Source of the DNA: Eubacteriales bacterium | GTDB taxonomy: Bacteria > Bacillota > Clostridia > Oscillospirales > CAG-272 | NCBI GenBank assembly: GCA_045594705.1 | Contig: JAZNZB010000020.1 | Coordinates: 4,451-68,450, forward strand | Length of the DNA stretch: 64,000 bases | Direction: 5' to 3' | In this document: positions 1 to 9,102 of the stretch, piece by piece | Layout: each line of letters starts with the position of its first letter | Numbering within the stretch: position 1 is the first letter of the stretch | The notes under the pieces: generated by a model | What the model was told of the DNA's origin: nothing | Seen by the model: only the letters and a program-made list of their open reading frames with translations | The model's database searches: none | Position numbers and translations under genes: made by a program

Positions 1-67
1 TCCCGGCCAAAAGTCTGACGGTTTTCGAAAAAAATATCATGTCATGAGACAAATTTGTAGCAGACGC

Positions 68-98
68 AAGAAAGCAGGAGTCCAAATCAGACTCCTGC
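68..98 (-). terminator. Intrinsic terminator hairpin downstream of the 171..1610 gene
   Basis: GCAGGAGTC-caaatca-GACTCCTGC, a 9-bp perfect stem at 74..98, followed on the minus strand by TTTCTTG. Confidence 0.6.
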
Positions 99-170
99 CT
101 TCTTGTATTGTCGTGATTTATCGGTGTGCTTCATGATTGGTGCACATGCATTTCACGCTGCATTTTATAG

Positions 171-1610
171 TCAATCCTTCTTTTTCTTGATTGCAACGTA
201 TGCGCCAAGCAAGAGCAGTGAAATCATTGCGCTACCGCCGATGATGCTGCCGCAGCCGCCCTCTTGCTCGGGCTGATCTGTGGGTGCTTCGGTTGCAGGA
301 GCCTCGTTTGTGGGAGCCTCGGTCTTTGCGTCGGTGGGTGTTTCGGTTTCTGCCTCGGTGGTGGTATCGGGCTCGGTTGTCTCGTCGGTGGTTTCCTCGC
401 CGTTGTCGTCTTCCTGGCGATACTTGTCAATCGCAGCAACCTGTGCATCGAATGCGGTCTTTGCCTCTGCGGTCAGGGGAGCTGCGTAAATGTAATTGTA
501 GGTCATGGAGTCGTTGCCCGCGCCGCAAACGTACAGTGTATCGTTAACAATTTGAATACGTGTCACGCGGTCAGCATCCGGTACCTCGATCGAGCCGAGC
601 TTTTCGTAGGTGCTGTCGTTGAGCACATCCACCGCAGTGCCGTCCTTCAAGCCCACCAGCAGCAAATTGCCCTTGTGTGCGATACAGTAAGCACCGCTGT
701 ATTCAATATAGGCCTGGCAGGTAATGCCTGCGGGATCGATCTTGATGATGCCCGTGCCGCCTTCTACAAGCGAAGCGCACAGCCATACCGTGCCGTCAGC
801 GTCCACGGCCATGTATTGGCCCTCGTCCAGATGCTTGCCGTCAAGATCAATGGTGCAATCCGGATCTGCGAAATCGATCACGCCCTCAATGCCCCAGCTC
901 TTGTACAGCACGGGATTTGCGGGATCGGTCACGTCGTAGCAGTAAAGTGCGTCGTGCTGATAGTTGGACATGACAAAGCACAGGTACTTGTCACCCACCT
1001 TGGCAACCTCAACGCCGTTGACGCCGATCTTGGTGCCTGCCTCGTCACCGGGCTCGAGATCGTTCTGATAAACGGGAATTTCCACGATCTCGGTCAGCTT
1101 GCCGTCCTCGCCCTGCTGTGCGATGCCAAGGCTTAAGTAGTTGTAGTTGACCGAATATGCAAAGCCAACGTAAACGTAACCGCGGTCGTCGGCTGCAATG
1201 CCCTTTGCATAAGAGAAGGGCGAGCCGGGAAGTGCGTTTTCTTCATTGTAGGAATAGTACATATCGGTGATCTTGCCGACCTGCGTGTCAAGTACGACCA
1301 CGCCACGCATGCCCGTGCCGCCGTTGAGCGTGCCCATATAGGCGTAGCGACCGTCAGCAGACATGGAAAATCCGCGCATGTTGACGTAAGCGGCCATGTA
1401 GTACTCCTCGGTTTCGGGAGCTTCTCCCTCCCACCACCATGCCTCGTAATTCTCACTCAGGTCGGAGGTGATGTACTCACCGTCCTGACAGAAGAGTCCC
1501 TGAAGCTCTGTACCAAGCAGATCCTCCTCGGTGTACTCTGCAGAGGTGACCAGGCACAGGCAGCCCATGCAAAGAGATGCGAACAAAATCAGTGTCAAAA
1601 GCTTTTTCAT
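171..1610 (-). CDS. Secreted surface protein (repeat-rich, beta-propeller-like) with an acidic Thr/Pro-rich linker and a Cys-containing C-terminal membrane anchor
   Basis: ORF 171..1700. Start moved to the ATG at 1610 (signal peptide MKKLLTLILFASLCMGCLCL), which is preceded by AGGAG. C-terminus is ...TEAPTDQPEQEGGCGSIIGGSAMISLLLLGAYVAIKKKKD. Family not recognised by eye. Confidence 0.75.
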   Translation of the reverse strand: MKKLLTLILFASLCMGCLCLVTSAEYTEEDLLGTELQGLFCQDGEYITSDLSENYEAWWWEGEAPETEEYYMAAYVNMRGFSMSADGRYAYMGTLNGGTGMRGVVVLDTQVGKITDMYYSYNEENALPGSPFSYAKGIAADDRGYVYVGFAYSVNYNYLSLGIAQQGEDGKLTEIVEIPVYQNDLEPGDEAGTKIGVNGVEVAKVGDKYLCFVMSNYQHDALYCYDVTDPANPVLYKSWGIEGVIDFADPDCTIDLDGKHLDEGQYMAVDADGTVWLCASLVEGGTGIIKIDPAGITCQAYIEYSGAYCIAHKGNLLLVGLKDGTAVDVLNDSTYEKLGSIEVPDADRVTRIQIVNDTLYVCGAGNDSMTYNYIYAAPLTAEAKTAFDAQVAAIDKYRQEDDNGEETTDETTEPDTTTEAETETPTDAKTEAPTNEAPATEAPTDQPEQEGGCGSIIGGSAMISLLLLGAYVAIKKKKD

Positions 1611-1671
1611 GTCAAATCTCCTTTTCGGATTATTTGGTGATACAAATATTTTCACTTTGTACCATAAGCCC

Positions 1672-1700
1672 ATCATACTACACAGAAGTGCTTTTGTCAA
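1672..1700 (-). promoter_or_regulatory. Sigma-A-type promoter for the 171..1610 gene
   Basis: On the minus strand: TTGACA, 17 nt, TATGAT. Confidence 0.6.
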
Positions 1701-1781
1701 GAGAATCCCTTATAATTCAAGAGAAATCAGCGTTTTAGCCAAATAAAGAGCGAGTGCATCATGCAATGCGTCTAAAATGGA

Positions 1782-1809
1782 AAAGCCAAATCCCCGGGGA
1801 TTTGGCTTT
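1782..1809. terminator. Perfect palindromic hairpin (bidirectional terminator candidate)
   Basis: AAAGCCAAATCCCC/GGGGATTTGGCTTT, a 14-bp stem flanked by T runs on both strands. Lies just after the 1813..2133 gene. Confidence 0.65.
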
Positions 1810-1812
1810 CAT

Positions 1813-2133
1813 TTATCCTTTTCGTTTGAATACCAGATTTATGACAAACACGATCGCGATATACGCAAGGCCGATGGCGGCCAAGATGGTGCAAAAGAGT
1901 ACCGCAGACTGCGGCTGCGCGAATATCAGGCAAGCGAGAGGGGAAAGGAGTGCAAGGATGGCGACGACAGCTGGAGCATAGCAAACGCATTGGAGCAAAA
2001 TCCTCGCTTTTTTGGAACGTTCTTTCTTTGGAAGAAGCGGGTAAAGCGAGAGATGCGGGAAGAAAAACTCAAACAGAAATTCGCCTACGATCTCCAACAC
2101 GATCTCTAAAAGTCCGCCTAATAAGTCTTCCAT
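1813..2133 (-). CDS. Small hydrophobic membrane protein (106 aa), hypothetical
   Basis: ATG at 2133 is preceded by AAGGAG with a 6-nt spacer. Two hydrophobic segments. Followed by a perfect 14-bp palindromic hairpin at 1782..1809. Confidence 0.55.
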   Translation of the reverse strand: MEDLLGGLLEIVLEIVGEFLFEFFFPHLSLYPLLPKKERSKKARILLQCVCYAPAVVAILALLSPLACLIFAQPQSAVLFCTILAAIGLAYIAIVFVINLVFKRKG

Positions 2134-2143
2134 GCCGTTCTCC

Positions 2144-3310
2144 TTATTTCAGCGTCTTGACAAATGCCTCGATCTTCTCCAGAGCCTGGGTGATGTGCTT
2201 GACGCTGTACGCATAAGAGATGCGCGCAAAGCCCTCGCCGCACTCGCCAAAGGCGGTGCCGGGCACGATGGCGCATTTTTGCTCGAGCAACAGTCGGGAG
2301 CAGAATTCCTCGCTGGAAAGGCCGAATTTGCCGATATAGGGATAGATATAGAACGCTCCCTCGGGCTCAAAGCACTCAATGCCGATGTCGGCAAGGCCTG
2401 AGTAGATGTATCTGCGGCGGCGGTTGTATTCCTCGGCCATGTATTCAATGTCCGCATCCCCGTTGCGCAAGGCCTCCTCAGCGGCAAACTGTGCCGTGGT
2501 GGGTGCGCACATGATGGCGTATTGATGAATTTTGAGCATCTGCTTTGCAAGCGGTGCAGGGGCACAGAGGTAGCCCAGTCGCCAGCCGGTCATGGCGTAA
2601 GCCTTGGAAAAGCCGCTGACAATGATGGTGCGCTCCCACATGCCGTCCAAGGTAGCGATGGACACGTGCTTTTTGCCAAAGGTCAGCTCTGCGTAGATCT
2701 CATCGGACAAGATGGCAATGTTTGTTCCGCGCAGCACCTCGGCGATCGCTTCAAGGTCGTCCTTGTCCATGATCGCGCCCGTGGGGTTGTTGGGATAGGG
2801 AAGCACCAAAAGCTTGGTCTTTTCGCTGATAGCGGCCTTCAGCTCGGCTGCGGTCAGCTTGAACTTGTTTTCAAAGGTGGTGTTGATGATCACGGGCACG
2901 CCGCCTGCCATGCGGACAATCGGCTCGTAGCACACAAAGGAGGGCATGGGGATAATGACCTCGTCACCCGGCTCGATCAGCGCGCGGATGGCAATGTCAA
3001 TGGCCTCGCTGCCGCCCACCGTAACCACGATCTCGTCCTGCGGAGCGTAGCAAAGGTCAAATCTTCTTTGCAGATATCTGCTGATCTCCACGCGCAGGGA
3101 AAGATTGCCTGCGTTGGAGGTATAGTAGGTCTTGCCGCGCTCAAGGCTCTCAATGCCTGCCTCGCGGATGTGCCAGGGCGTGACAAAGTCGGGCTGACCT
3201 ACCGTCAGAGCGGTCACGTCGGTCATTTCTCCGACCAGGTCGAAGAATTTACGGATTCCCGACGGCTTGAGCTCGGACACGGTTTTGGATAGTAACTGGT
3301 CGTAATTCAT
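2144..3310 (-). CDS. Pyridoxal-phosphate-dependent aminotransferase, class I/II
   Basis: 388 aa. SGFSKAYAMTGWRLGY motif (PLP-lysine region) and N-terminal SGIRKFFD, both typical of AspC/PatA-type enzymes. 4-nt overlap with the upstream Lrp gene. Confidence 0.9.
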   Translation of the reverse strand: MNYDQLLSKTVSELKPSGIRKFFDLVGEMTDVTALTVGQPDFVTPWHIREAGIESLERGKTYYTSNAGNLSLRVEISRYLQRRFDLCYAPQDEIVVTVGGSEAIDIAIRALIEPGDEVIIPMPSFVCYEPIVRMAGGVPVIINTTFENKFKLTAAELKAAISEKTKLLVLPYPNNPTGAIMDKDDLEAIAEVLRGTNIAILSDEIYAELTFGKKHVSIATLDGMWERTIIVSGFSKAYAMTGWRLGYLCAPAPLAKQMLKIHQYAIMCAPTTAQFAAEEALRNGDADIEYMAEEYNRRRRYIYSGLADIGIECFEPEGAFYIYPYIGKFGLSSEEFCSRLLLEQKCAIVPGTAFGECGEGFARISYAYSVKHITQALEKIEAFVKTLK

Positions 3311-3786
3311 ATATCGCCAATTCCTCGCTCGTCTACCTGCTCTGCGCCGTAGATGACGCCCTTGTCCTTGTATTTGCGCAGCACGAAATGCGTTGCGGTG
3401 GAAATCACGTACTCAATGGGAGCAAGCTTTTGCGCCACGAAGTATGCAACCTCCTTCATGGTCTTGCCCTCAATGACCAAGCACAGATCGTAGCCGCCCG
3501 ACATCAGGTACAGGCTCTGCACCTCGGGGTAGTTGTAGATCTTTTCTGCCACGCGGTCAAATCCGCGGTCGCGCTGGGGGGTCATTTTGACCTCAATGAG
3601 CGCGGTGACGTATTCACGGTCGGTCTTATCCCAGTCGATCATGGCCTTGTAGCCGAGAATGACACCGTCTTCCTCATATTTGCGGATCAGCTGCTTGATC
3701 TCGCCCTGCTCCTTATCAAACATGATGGCCAGCTGTTCGGGGGTCAGCGTGGCGTTGTCTTCCAATGCTTTCAGAATTTTATCCAT
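3307..3786 (-). CDS. Lrp/AsnC family transcriptional regulator
   Basis: Start refined to MDKILKALEDNATLTPEQLA (ATG at 3786, GGAGG upstream). HTH followed by an RAM-like C-terminal domain. Lrp-aminotransferase pairing is common in Clostridia. Confidence 0.85.
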   Translation of the reverse strand: MDKILKALEDNATLTPEQLAIMFDKEQGEIKQLIRKYEEDGVILGYKAMIDWDKTDREYVTALIEVKMTPQRDRGFDRVAEKIYNYPEVQSLYLMSGGYDLCLVIEGKTMKEVAYFVAQKLAPIEYVISTATHFVLRKYKDKGVIYGAEQVDERGIGDI

Positions 3787-3852
3787 AAAAACCTCCATGC
3801 CGCCTTTGGCGGCGCTAATAGTGATGGAAACTTCACCGTGGAGCTTTGCTCC

Positions 3853-3876
3853 AAAAATGGGCCCGGACCCATTTTT
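3853..3876 (-). terminator. Terminator after the MutS-like gene
   Basis: AAAAATGGG-cccgga-CCCATTTTT, a short stem with A5/T5 flanks. Confidence 0.5.
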
Positions 3877-3953
3877 AGGTGAAGTTTGAGCGTGAATAGT
3901 TGAGTAAAAAGGAATATCACGTGAGCTTTCACGCAAGCTCCTTAATGACTGAT

Positions 3954-5567
3954 TTAATGATTGATTTTCTCCAAGATACTGTCAAAGGTCAGTCCGTAAC
4001 GCTTGGCAATGTCGCGTGCGTAGGACTTGCCGTCCGGCTTTGCGCGCACGATCTTGAACGAACGCTTGCCCTCGCCCTCAATACCTGCGACTAACGTGTC
4101 AATGCGCGAGCCGCCTGCGGCCAGGGACTCATGGTTGAGTCGGTCGATCTCGGCAGCAAGCTCGTGCAGGTGAGTCGAGAACAGGCAGCGGCAGCCAACG
4201 CGTGCAAGGCCTGCCAGCACCTCGGCTGCGATGTAGGACGCTTCGTAAGAGCCGGTCGAGGAAAGGGATTCGTCCAAAAGCACCAGCGTATCCGCGCTGA
4301 CGTTGTCAAAGATTTCGCCAAGACGGGCGCACTCTTCGCCAAGTCGTCCTTTGTCGATGGTGTCGTCAGCACCCGTGGGGAAGTGGGTGTAAATGGCGTC
4401 GCAGGGGCTGATCTGCGCTTTTGCTGCGGGCACGTACATGCCCAGCTGCATCATGACCTGCGCAAGTCCGATCGCACACGTAATGACCGATTTACCGCCG
4501 CGGTTGGGGCCGGTCAGCACCCAGATCATGACGCCGTCCTTGGAAAAGTCCACGTCGTTGGGTACAATGGTATCTTCCTTGGCCAGCTTGAGCGCCACGC
4601 AAGGGTTATAAAGCTCGGTTGCCACAAAGGCGCGCTCGGACATGGGACGGATCTCGGGCACGGTCAGCGTGCAGCCGCGCTCGGAAAGCTCCTTTTGCAT
4701 GGCGGCAGCCTTGGTCACGAATTCGATCTCGGGCATCAGTCCCAGCAAAAAGTCGGCGTTTTCCAGCACGTAGGATTGCACGATTTTTTTCCAGGAGCGC
4801 AAGGAGTCGCTGTAAACGTCGTTGATGGCAGAATTGAAAGCCAGTGAGAGTGCCATTTTCTGGTTCTCGGATTGCTTTTTGCCAAAGGGTACGAGGTTTG
4901 CGATGCAGGTGTACTGGTCGTTCTTGAAGTTCAGACGCAGGATCTTGTCGATCACGTCGCCCGACTTGAATGCCTCGGGGTTGATGGACAGCACGCCCGC
5001 ATGCACGGGGCGCAGCTGCGCGTCCAGATTGACGCCGATGGTGACCGATTTGATGTCGCGCACACGCTTGGTCATCTCGGCAAGGCGGGCGTTGAGCTCG
5101 CGGTAGTAATCCGAATCGGCAAGCTCGGCTATGCGGTCGGCAAGCGTGGTAAAGGCTACCCCCTTGATATAGGGGCGGGCTGCGCTCAGCCCCTCGTGCA
5201 GCAGTTCAATGCAGGAGATGTAGAGCTCGATCTCAGTCATGCTGGAAAGGTAATCGTGCGTGTCTCCGCTGTCACTTTCAAGTCTGCGCAGCTCCATGAT
5301 GTCCGAGAGAATGGGCATCAGATCGGCAAGCGTCTGACCAAGAGCGGGGCAGCGCAGCATGTCCGCAAACATTTCGTTACGGTAGCGCATGACTGCGGGA
5401 TCGATGGTAAAATATTCCTCAACCTTGCTGTTCTTGAGGTCAAAGGCCTCCAAAAGACCCAGCTCGTCCAAGGTGTACATATCGATATCGGGGCAGTATT
5501 TTCCCGAGAAATGATCCTTTTGAGATTGCTCATTCGGATAGAGCAGCGAGAAAAACGTCAGTTCCAT
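3954..5567 (-). CDS. MutS-family ATPase (domain V only), MutS-related protein without a recognisable mismatch-binding or Smr domain
   Basis: 537 aa. Walker A LTGPNRGGKS, Walker B LVLLDESLSSTGSYE and FSTHLHEL are typical of the MutS ABC ATPase domain. The N-terminal ~300 aa look unrelated to MutS domain I. Confidence 0.8.
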   Translation of the reverse strand: MELTFFSLLYPNEQSQKDHFSGKYCPDIDMYTLDELGLLEAFDLKNSKVEEYFTIDPAVMRYRNEMFADMLRCPALGQTLADLMPILSDIMELRRLESDSGDTHDYLSSMTEIELYISCIELLHEGLSAARPYIKGVAFTTLADRIAELADSDYYRELNARLAEMTKRVRDIKSVTIGVNLDAQLRPVHAGVLSINPEAFKSGDVIDKILRLNFKNDQYTCIANLVPFGKKQSENQKMALSLAFNSAINDVYSDSLRSWKKIVQSYVLENADFLLGLMPEIEFVTKAAAMQKELSERGCTLTVPEIRPMSERAFVATELYNPCVALKLAKEDTIVPNDVDFSKDGVMIWVLTGPNRGGKSVITCAIGLAQVMMQLGMYVPAAKAQISPCDAIYTHFPTGADDTIDKGRLGEECARLGEIFDNVSADTLVLLDESLSSTGSYEASYIAAEVLAGLARVGCRCLFSTHLHELAAEIDRLNHESLAAGGSRIDTLVAGIEGEGKRSFKIVRAKPDGKSYARDIAKRYGLTFDSILEKINH

Positions 5568-5581
5568 AAAAAACCTCTCAA

Positions 5582-6400
5582 TTACTCAGTAATGGGAACG
5601 AAAAATTGCTTGCCGTCCTTGTAGGCAACGATCTTGTCAAAGCCGCACTCGCGCAAAAGCCTTGTGCCGTCGGAAATGCAGTTGCCCACGTTTTCGGGGG
5701 CGTGCGCGTCCGAGCCGATGGTGACAAGCTCACCGCCAAAGGATCTGTAAAGTTGCAGCAGTTCACGGTCGGGCATGGCAAAGCCATAGCCTTTCCAAAG
5801 TGTGGAGACGTTGACCTCAAGTGCCACGCCATGCTTGCAAAGTGCCTCAAACAGGCGCATAAAGCGGGGATAGTGTGGCGCCAGATCAAATTGCTTGCCC
5901 GCCTCTGCCCAATAGCGCACGGGGTAGGTCACGTGCGCAAGGGTGTGCACCCCGGGGAAGGAGACTGAGCGGATCATCTCGTCCAGCAGCCTGTCGTACA
6001 GCTTATGATAGTGCTGCTCGGACATACGGTCAGTGCGCAGCAGATAGAAATCCGGCACGTCCGGGATATTGTGCAGCGAAAGAATGACAAAATCGTAATC
6101 GTGTGCCTCCCTCATGGCAAGAGCCTCTTCGGGATGCTCCAGCGGCTGCCCCAGCTCAATGCCGCGCAAGAGCGTCAGCCGGTCGGCAAAGGCATCGCGC
6201 GCAGCCGTTGCCTCGGCAAAGCTTGCAGCCTGATCAAAATGGGCGTAAAGTCCCTGAACCTGGCCGTTGACCTCGCAATGGTCTGTCAGGGCCAGCACGC
6301 CAATGCCTGCATCCACGGCCGCCTTTGCCATGGCGTGCGCGGTTGCGTGGGGAAACCCGTCAAAGGAGTGGTGCGTATGTGTATGTAAATCGCAAAGCAT
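5582..6400 (-). CDS. PHP-domain phosphoesterase (histidinol-phosphatase family)
   Basis: MLCDLHTHTHHSFDG N-terminal metal-binding motif. Start moved to the ATG at 6400, preceded by GGAG with a 6-nt spacer. 14 nt upstream of the MutS-like gene. Confidence 0.8.
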   Translation of the reverse strand: MLCDLHTHTHHSFDGFPHATAHAMAKAAVDAGIGVLALTDHCEVNGQVQGLYAHFDQAASFAEATAARDAFADRLTLLRGIELGQPLEHPEEALAMREAHDYDFVILSLHNIPDVPDFYLLRTDRMSEQHYHKLYDRLLDEMIRSVSFPGVHTLAHVTYPVRYWAEAGKQFDLAPHYPRFMRLFEALCKHGVALEVNVSTLWKGYGFAMPDRELLQLYRSFGGELVTIGSDAHAPENVGNCISDGTRLLRECGFDKIVAYKDGKQFFVPITE

Positions 6401-6507
6401 ATATTTCTCCATATTATATAGATAGTATTATCATATCACAAATCGTGCCGTTTGTATAGAGAAAAACGCAATATTTTCGGAAAAATTCACATTTTGGCAT
6501 CTAAAAC

Positions 6508-6536
6508 TTGCAAAAAAAGACGTTATGTGATACAAT
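6508..6536 (+). promoter_or_regulatory. Sigma-A-type promoter for the 6562..7422 gene
   Basis: TTGCAA, 17 nt, TGaTACAAT (extended -10). Confidence 0.55.
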
Positions 6537-6561
6537 GAAAGCAAGGAAAGGGGGGAGACGC

Positions 6562-7422
6562 ATGGCAGGACCGAATAATCTCTGGCAGCTGCTGCAAAAA
6601 ACGCACGATCGGATCCGGTTGATGCGTGCATGCGGCGTAGCGGAGCCCCTGTTGACCGATGGCTCGGATTTTGATAAATTTGACGCCTATGCAAGATGCA
6701 TGCCGTTGTGCCAAGGGCATGGGATTCTGGAGGAGGATGCGCAACTGATCGGGGAATTGCTTGGTGTCTCTGTGCCGATCTGCCCGGAAAGTGCCGCATC
6801 GCTTTGGCATGCCGCCGCGTATGCGCTGTGTGCACAGGGCGAACGCCCCGCCCCCATCGGGCCTTGTGACGTTTGCTTTGCTGCGCCCGCCCAAGAGGCT
6901 GTTTTGGGTGTGGATCTGGGGGAAAGCTTTTTTGCAACCCCAACCGTTGAGCTGATGATGCGCTTGCTTGATCCCGAGGTGCAGGCAATTTGCGTGACAG
7001 CGCAGATAAAGAGTTTTGTCAAGCCCAATCCGTACACGGCAAAGCGGCTTTATGAAGCCGACAAAGAGACGCTGACTGACACCGAGCGCGATCACCTGAG
7101 CGCGCAGACCTTGCGCGTGCTTGGCAAGCTGTGTGCCGAGCGCGGCTCGGTTTTGTACGTGCAGTCGGACTTTGCGAATCCCGACGCATGGTGCGCCTTG
7201 CTTGCATACCTGCAGCAGAGCGGGTGCCTGGCGCAGATCGTGCTTGTCGTGCGCAGCGAAAATACCTTGCGCGCCGCCGCGACCTTGGCGGGCTGCCTGC
7301 CCAATCCCTCGGATATTCCCACCGTGCGCGTGGGTATTGCGAGCGTGCCTGAAAGGGAAGCGTTGCTTGATTTGTACGCAACCCTGCTGCCCATTGGGGT
7401 GTTGCCGGCGAGTGATCTGTAA
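6562..7422 (+). CDS. Hypothetical protein (286 aa), the only plus-strand gene in the minus-strand block
   Basis: Start set at ATGGCAGGA (MAGPNNLW), preceded by a GGGGGAG RBS. The promoter at 6508..6536 lies inside the longer track ORF. No family recognised. Confidence 0.55.
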   Translation: MAGPNNLWQLLQKTHDRIRLMRACGVAEPLLTDGSDFDKFDAYARCMPLCQGHGILEEDAQLIGELLGVSVPICPESAASLWHAAAYALCAQGERPAPIGPCDVCFAAPAQEAVLGVDLGESFFATPTVELMMRLLDPEVQAICVTAQIKSFVKPNPYTAKRLYEADKETLTDTERDHLSAQTLRVLGKLCAERGSVLYVQSDFANPDAWCALLAYLQQSGCLAQIVLVVRSENTLRAAATLAGCLPNPSDIPTVRVGIASVPEREALLDLYATLLPIGVLPASDL

Positions 7423-7878
7423 GACGAACTATGGGATTGATAAATGAGCGAAAAAAGCAGGAGTTTGTTCGACTTTGAGCAGATTCCTGCCTTTTTTTAA
7501 TATAGTATTATCACGATATGAAGCTTTTCCAATGTGTTCGGTTCGCCCCTTCCCCTCGCAACGCTACGCTGCGAGGAACCCCTTCCCCGGAGGGGACGGC
7601 TTATATCAGTTTCTCGCATCGAAGGGCATCATAAGACGGGCAACTTGAAAAGTATTCCATAAGGGAAAAGTCAACGAAACGGACGCGCGCTAAAAAGGCG
7701 TCCCCGAAGGGGAAATATCTGCAAGCAGATTGACCCGCAGCGAGTGGAGCATGTCGATACGAACGTCTGCGGGAAAAGGGGCTGTGCAATGAGATTGGGA
7801 AACTAATATTTTTCCAAATAGGCAAAGGGCTGAATCATTGCTTTGATTCAACCCTTGTTCAATTTGTCCTTTAATTTT

Positions 7879-8096
7879 GCAGCCCGATAGGGCAATACTA
7901 TTAAGTTAAGGGAAGTGCGTCTCCCCGCCCCCGCCCCCAAGATCCTTCGCGGCGCATTCCCGTTTAAGCTCCGCGCAGCGGAGGTATTCATTCATCGAGC
8001 GAAGCGAAGAATCTTAAAAACGGGAATGCTTGCTCGAGGATGACAGGGGGCGGGATTGCAATTCCTTAACTTAATGACATTGCCCCATGGGGCTGC
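7879..8096. repeat. Nested long palindromic element (outer ~35-bp arms enclosing a ~135-bp imperfect palindrome)
   Basis: Outer arms GCAGCCCGATAGGGCAATACTATTAAGTTAAGGGA and TCCTTAACTTAATGACATTGCCCCATGGGGCTGC. The inner core 7921..8056 is homologous to 21405..21528. Confidence 0.8.
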
Positions 8097-8126
8097 GGAA
8101 TAAGCGGGAAAAGCGCAATTCCCCTC

Positions 8127-8323
8127 GTGTCATCCTGAGCGAACAAACATCCCTGTGAGGATGTTTGTGAGTCGAACTTTCAAAAATCTGCAATAAATTG
8201 CTGATTTTTGAAAGTCAAAACGCTTGCAGCGTTTTGAAGATCTACGAGGGTGGGTACGTTGCGCCCGTAGATATTTCGGCTTCGCAAACAATACTCAATT
8301 GTCTGCTCCGCTCAGGATGACAC
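8127..8323. repeat. 197-bp element with perfect 15-bp terminal inverted repeats and several internal hairpins
   Basis: GTGTCATCCTGAGCG at 8127..8141 and CGCTCAGGATGACAC at 8309..8323. Internal hairpins are AAACATCC/GGATGTTT, CTTTCAAAAATC/GATTTTTGAAAG and CAAAACGCT/AGCGTTTTG. Confidence 0.8.
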
Positions 8324-8349
8324 GGGCAGGGTTGCGCATCATAAAAGCT

Positions 8350-8392
8350 GAAAGCAGAAGCCTTCATCAAAGACTTCTGCTTTCGTTTTTTT
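8350..8392. terminator. Strong hairpin terminator downstream of spoIIIAH, with the longer U-tract on the plus strand
   Basis: GAAAGCAGAAG-13 nt-CTTCTGCTTTC, an 11-bp perfect stem. It is followed by G+T7 on the plus strand but only TTTT on the minus strand. Confidence 0.65.
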
Positions 8393-8437
8393 CGCTAATT
8401 TTGCACGCTCATCTCTCAGCCTCTTTTTGCAAGCAAA

Positions 8438-9040
8438 TTAGCCCTCTCTTGTGATAATGCTCACGCCTGCGGGGGAAATGCCGGTCTGCTCGTAGACGAT
8501 GGCGTTGATCTGCGCCAGTGCCGATGCGGTCAGCTCGCCCTCGTGCTGAAGCACGATGCTGATATTCTCGCCGCTGATAACCGCCACGCATTGCTCGTAG
8601 CCCTTGGTCTTGATCAGAGACTCGATCTTTGCCTCATCCTCCATCTCGGATGCGATCTGTCTGATCTCGGCAACCGCCTCGGCCTTGACCTCGTCGGTGG
8701 CATTCTGGTTGTCTACGACGGAATTGAGCACCTCAAGTGCCTCGTCTCTCGCCTTTTGTCTGGAAACCTGAACGCTGGTGAAATACGAAGCGGAATCGGT
8801 GGCGGTGCTGTTCTGATTGCCCGTATTCGAGCCCGTGCCCAGCGTGGTGCCGTAATTGGTGGTCATGCCCGCGCTCTGATCGTACTTGTAAGAATCGTCT
8901 GCGTCGTTGCCCGAGAAGAAGATCCAGTTGACGTAGACTGCAAGGCCGATCATGATGACCGCGCCTGCAATGATCAGGTTGCGCTTGCCCATTTTCTTGA
9001 AGAAATCGCCTATGGTATTGATTACCTTTTTGATGTTCAT
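8438..9040 (-). CDS. spoIIIAH: Stage III sporulation protein AH
   Basis: N-terminal TM segment, Ser/Thr/Asn-rich linker and a YscJ/FliF-like C-terminal domain. Last gene of the spoIIIA operon by order. Confidence 0.8.
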   Translation of the reverse strand: MNIKKVINTIGDFFKKMGKRNLIIAGAVIMIGLAVYVNWIFFSGNDADDSYKYDQSAGMTTNYGTTLGTGSNTGNQNSTATDSASYFTSVQVSRQKARDEALEVLNSVVDNQNATDEVKAEAVAEIRQIASEMEDEAKIESLIKTKGYEQCVAVISGENISIVLQHEGELTASALAQINAIVYEQTGISPAGVSIITREG

Positions 9041-9102
9041 ATGTAAGCCCTCCGTTTTGTTGTTACGCTACATTATATCGAGCAAGATGCAATAATATGC
9101 CC

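Noticed and set aside
6508-6561. The longer N-terminal extension of the 6508..7422 track ORF.
   Set aside because: The extension contains the TTGCAA-17-TACAAT promoter and the GGGGGAG RBS that serve the ATG at 6562.
7540-7870. A possible RNase P, tmRNA or other large structured RNA in the gene-free region (for example CGGCTTAT at 7598).
   Set aside because: The partner signature (GAGGAAAGTCC-type P4 strand) is absent at the required distance, and no tag ORF or tRNA-like end is present. What remains are isolated hairpins only.
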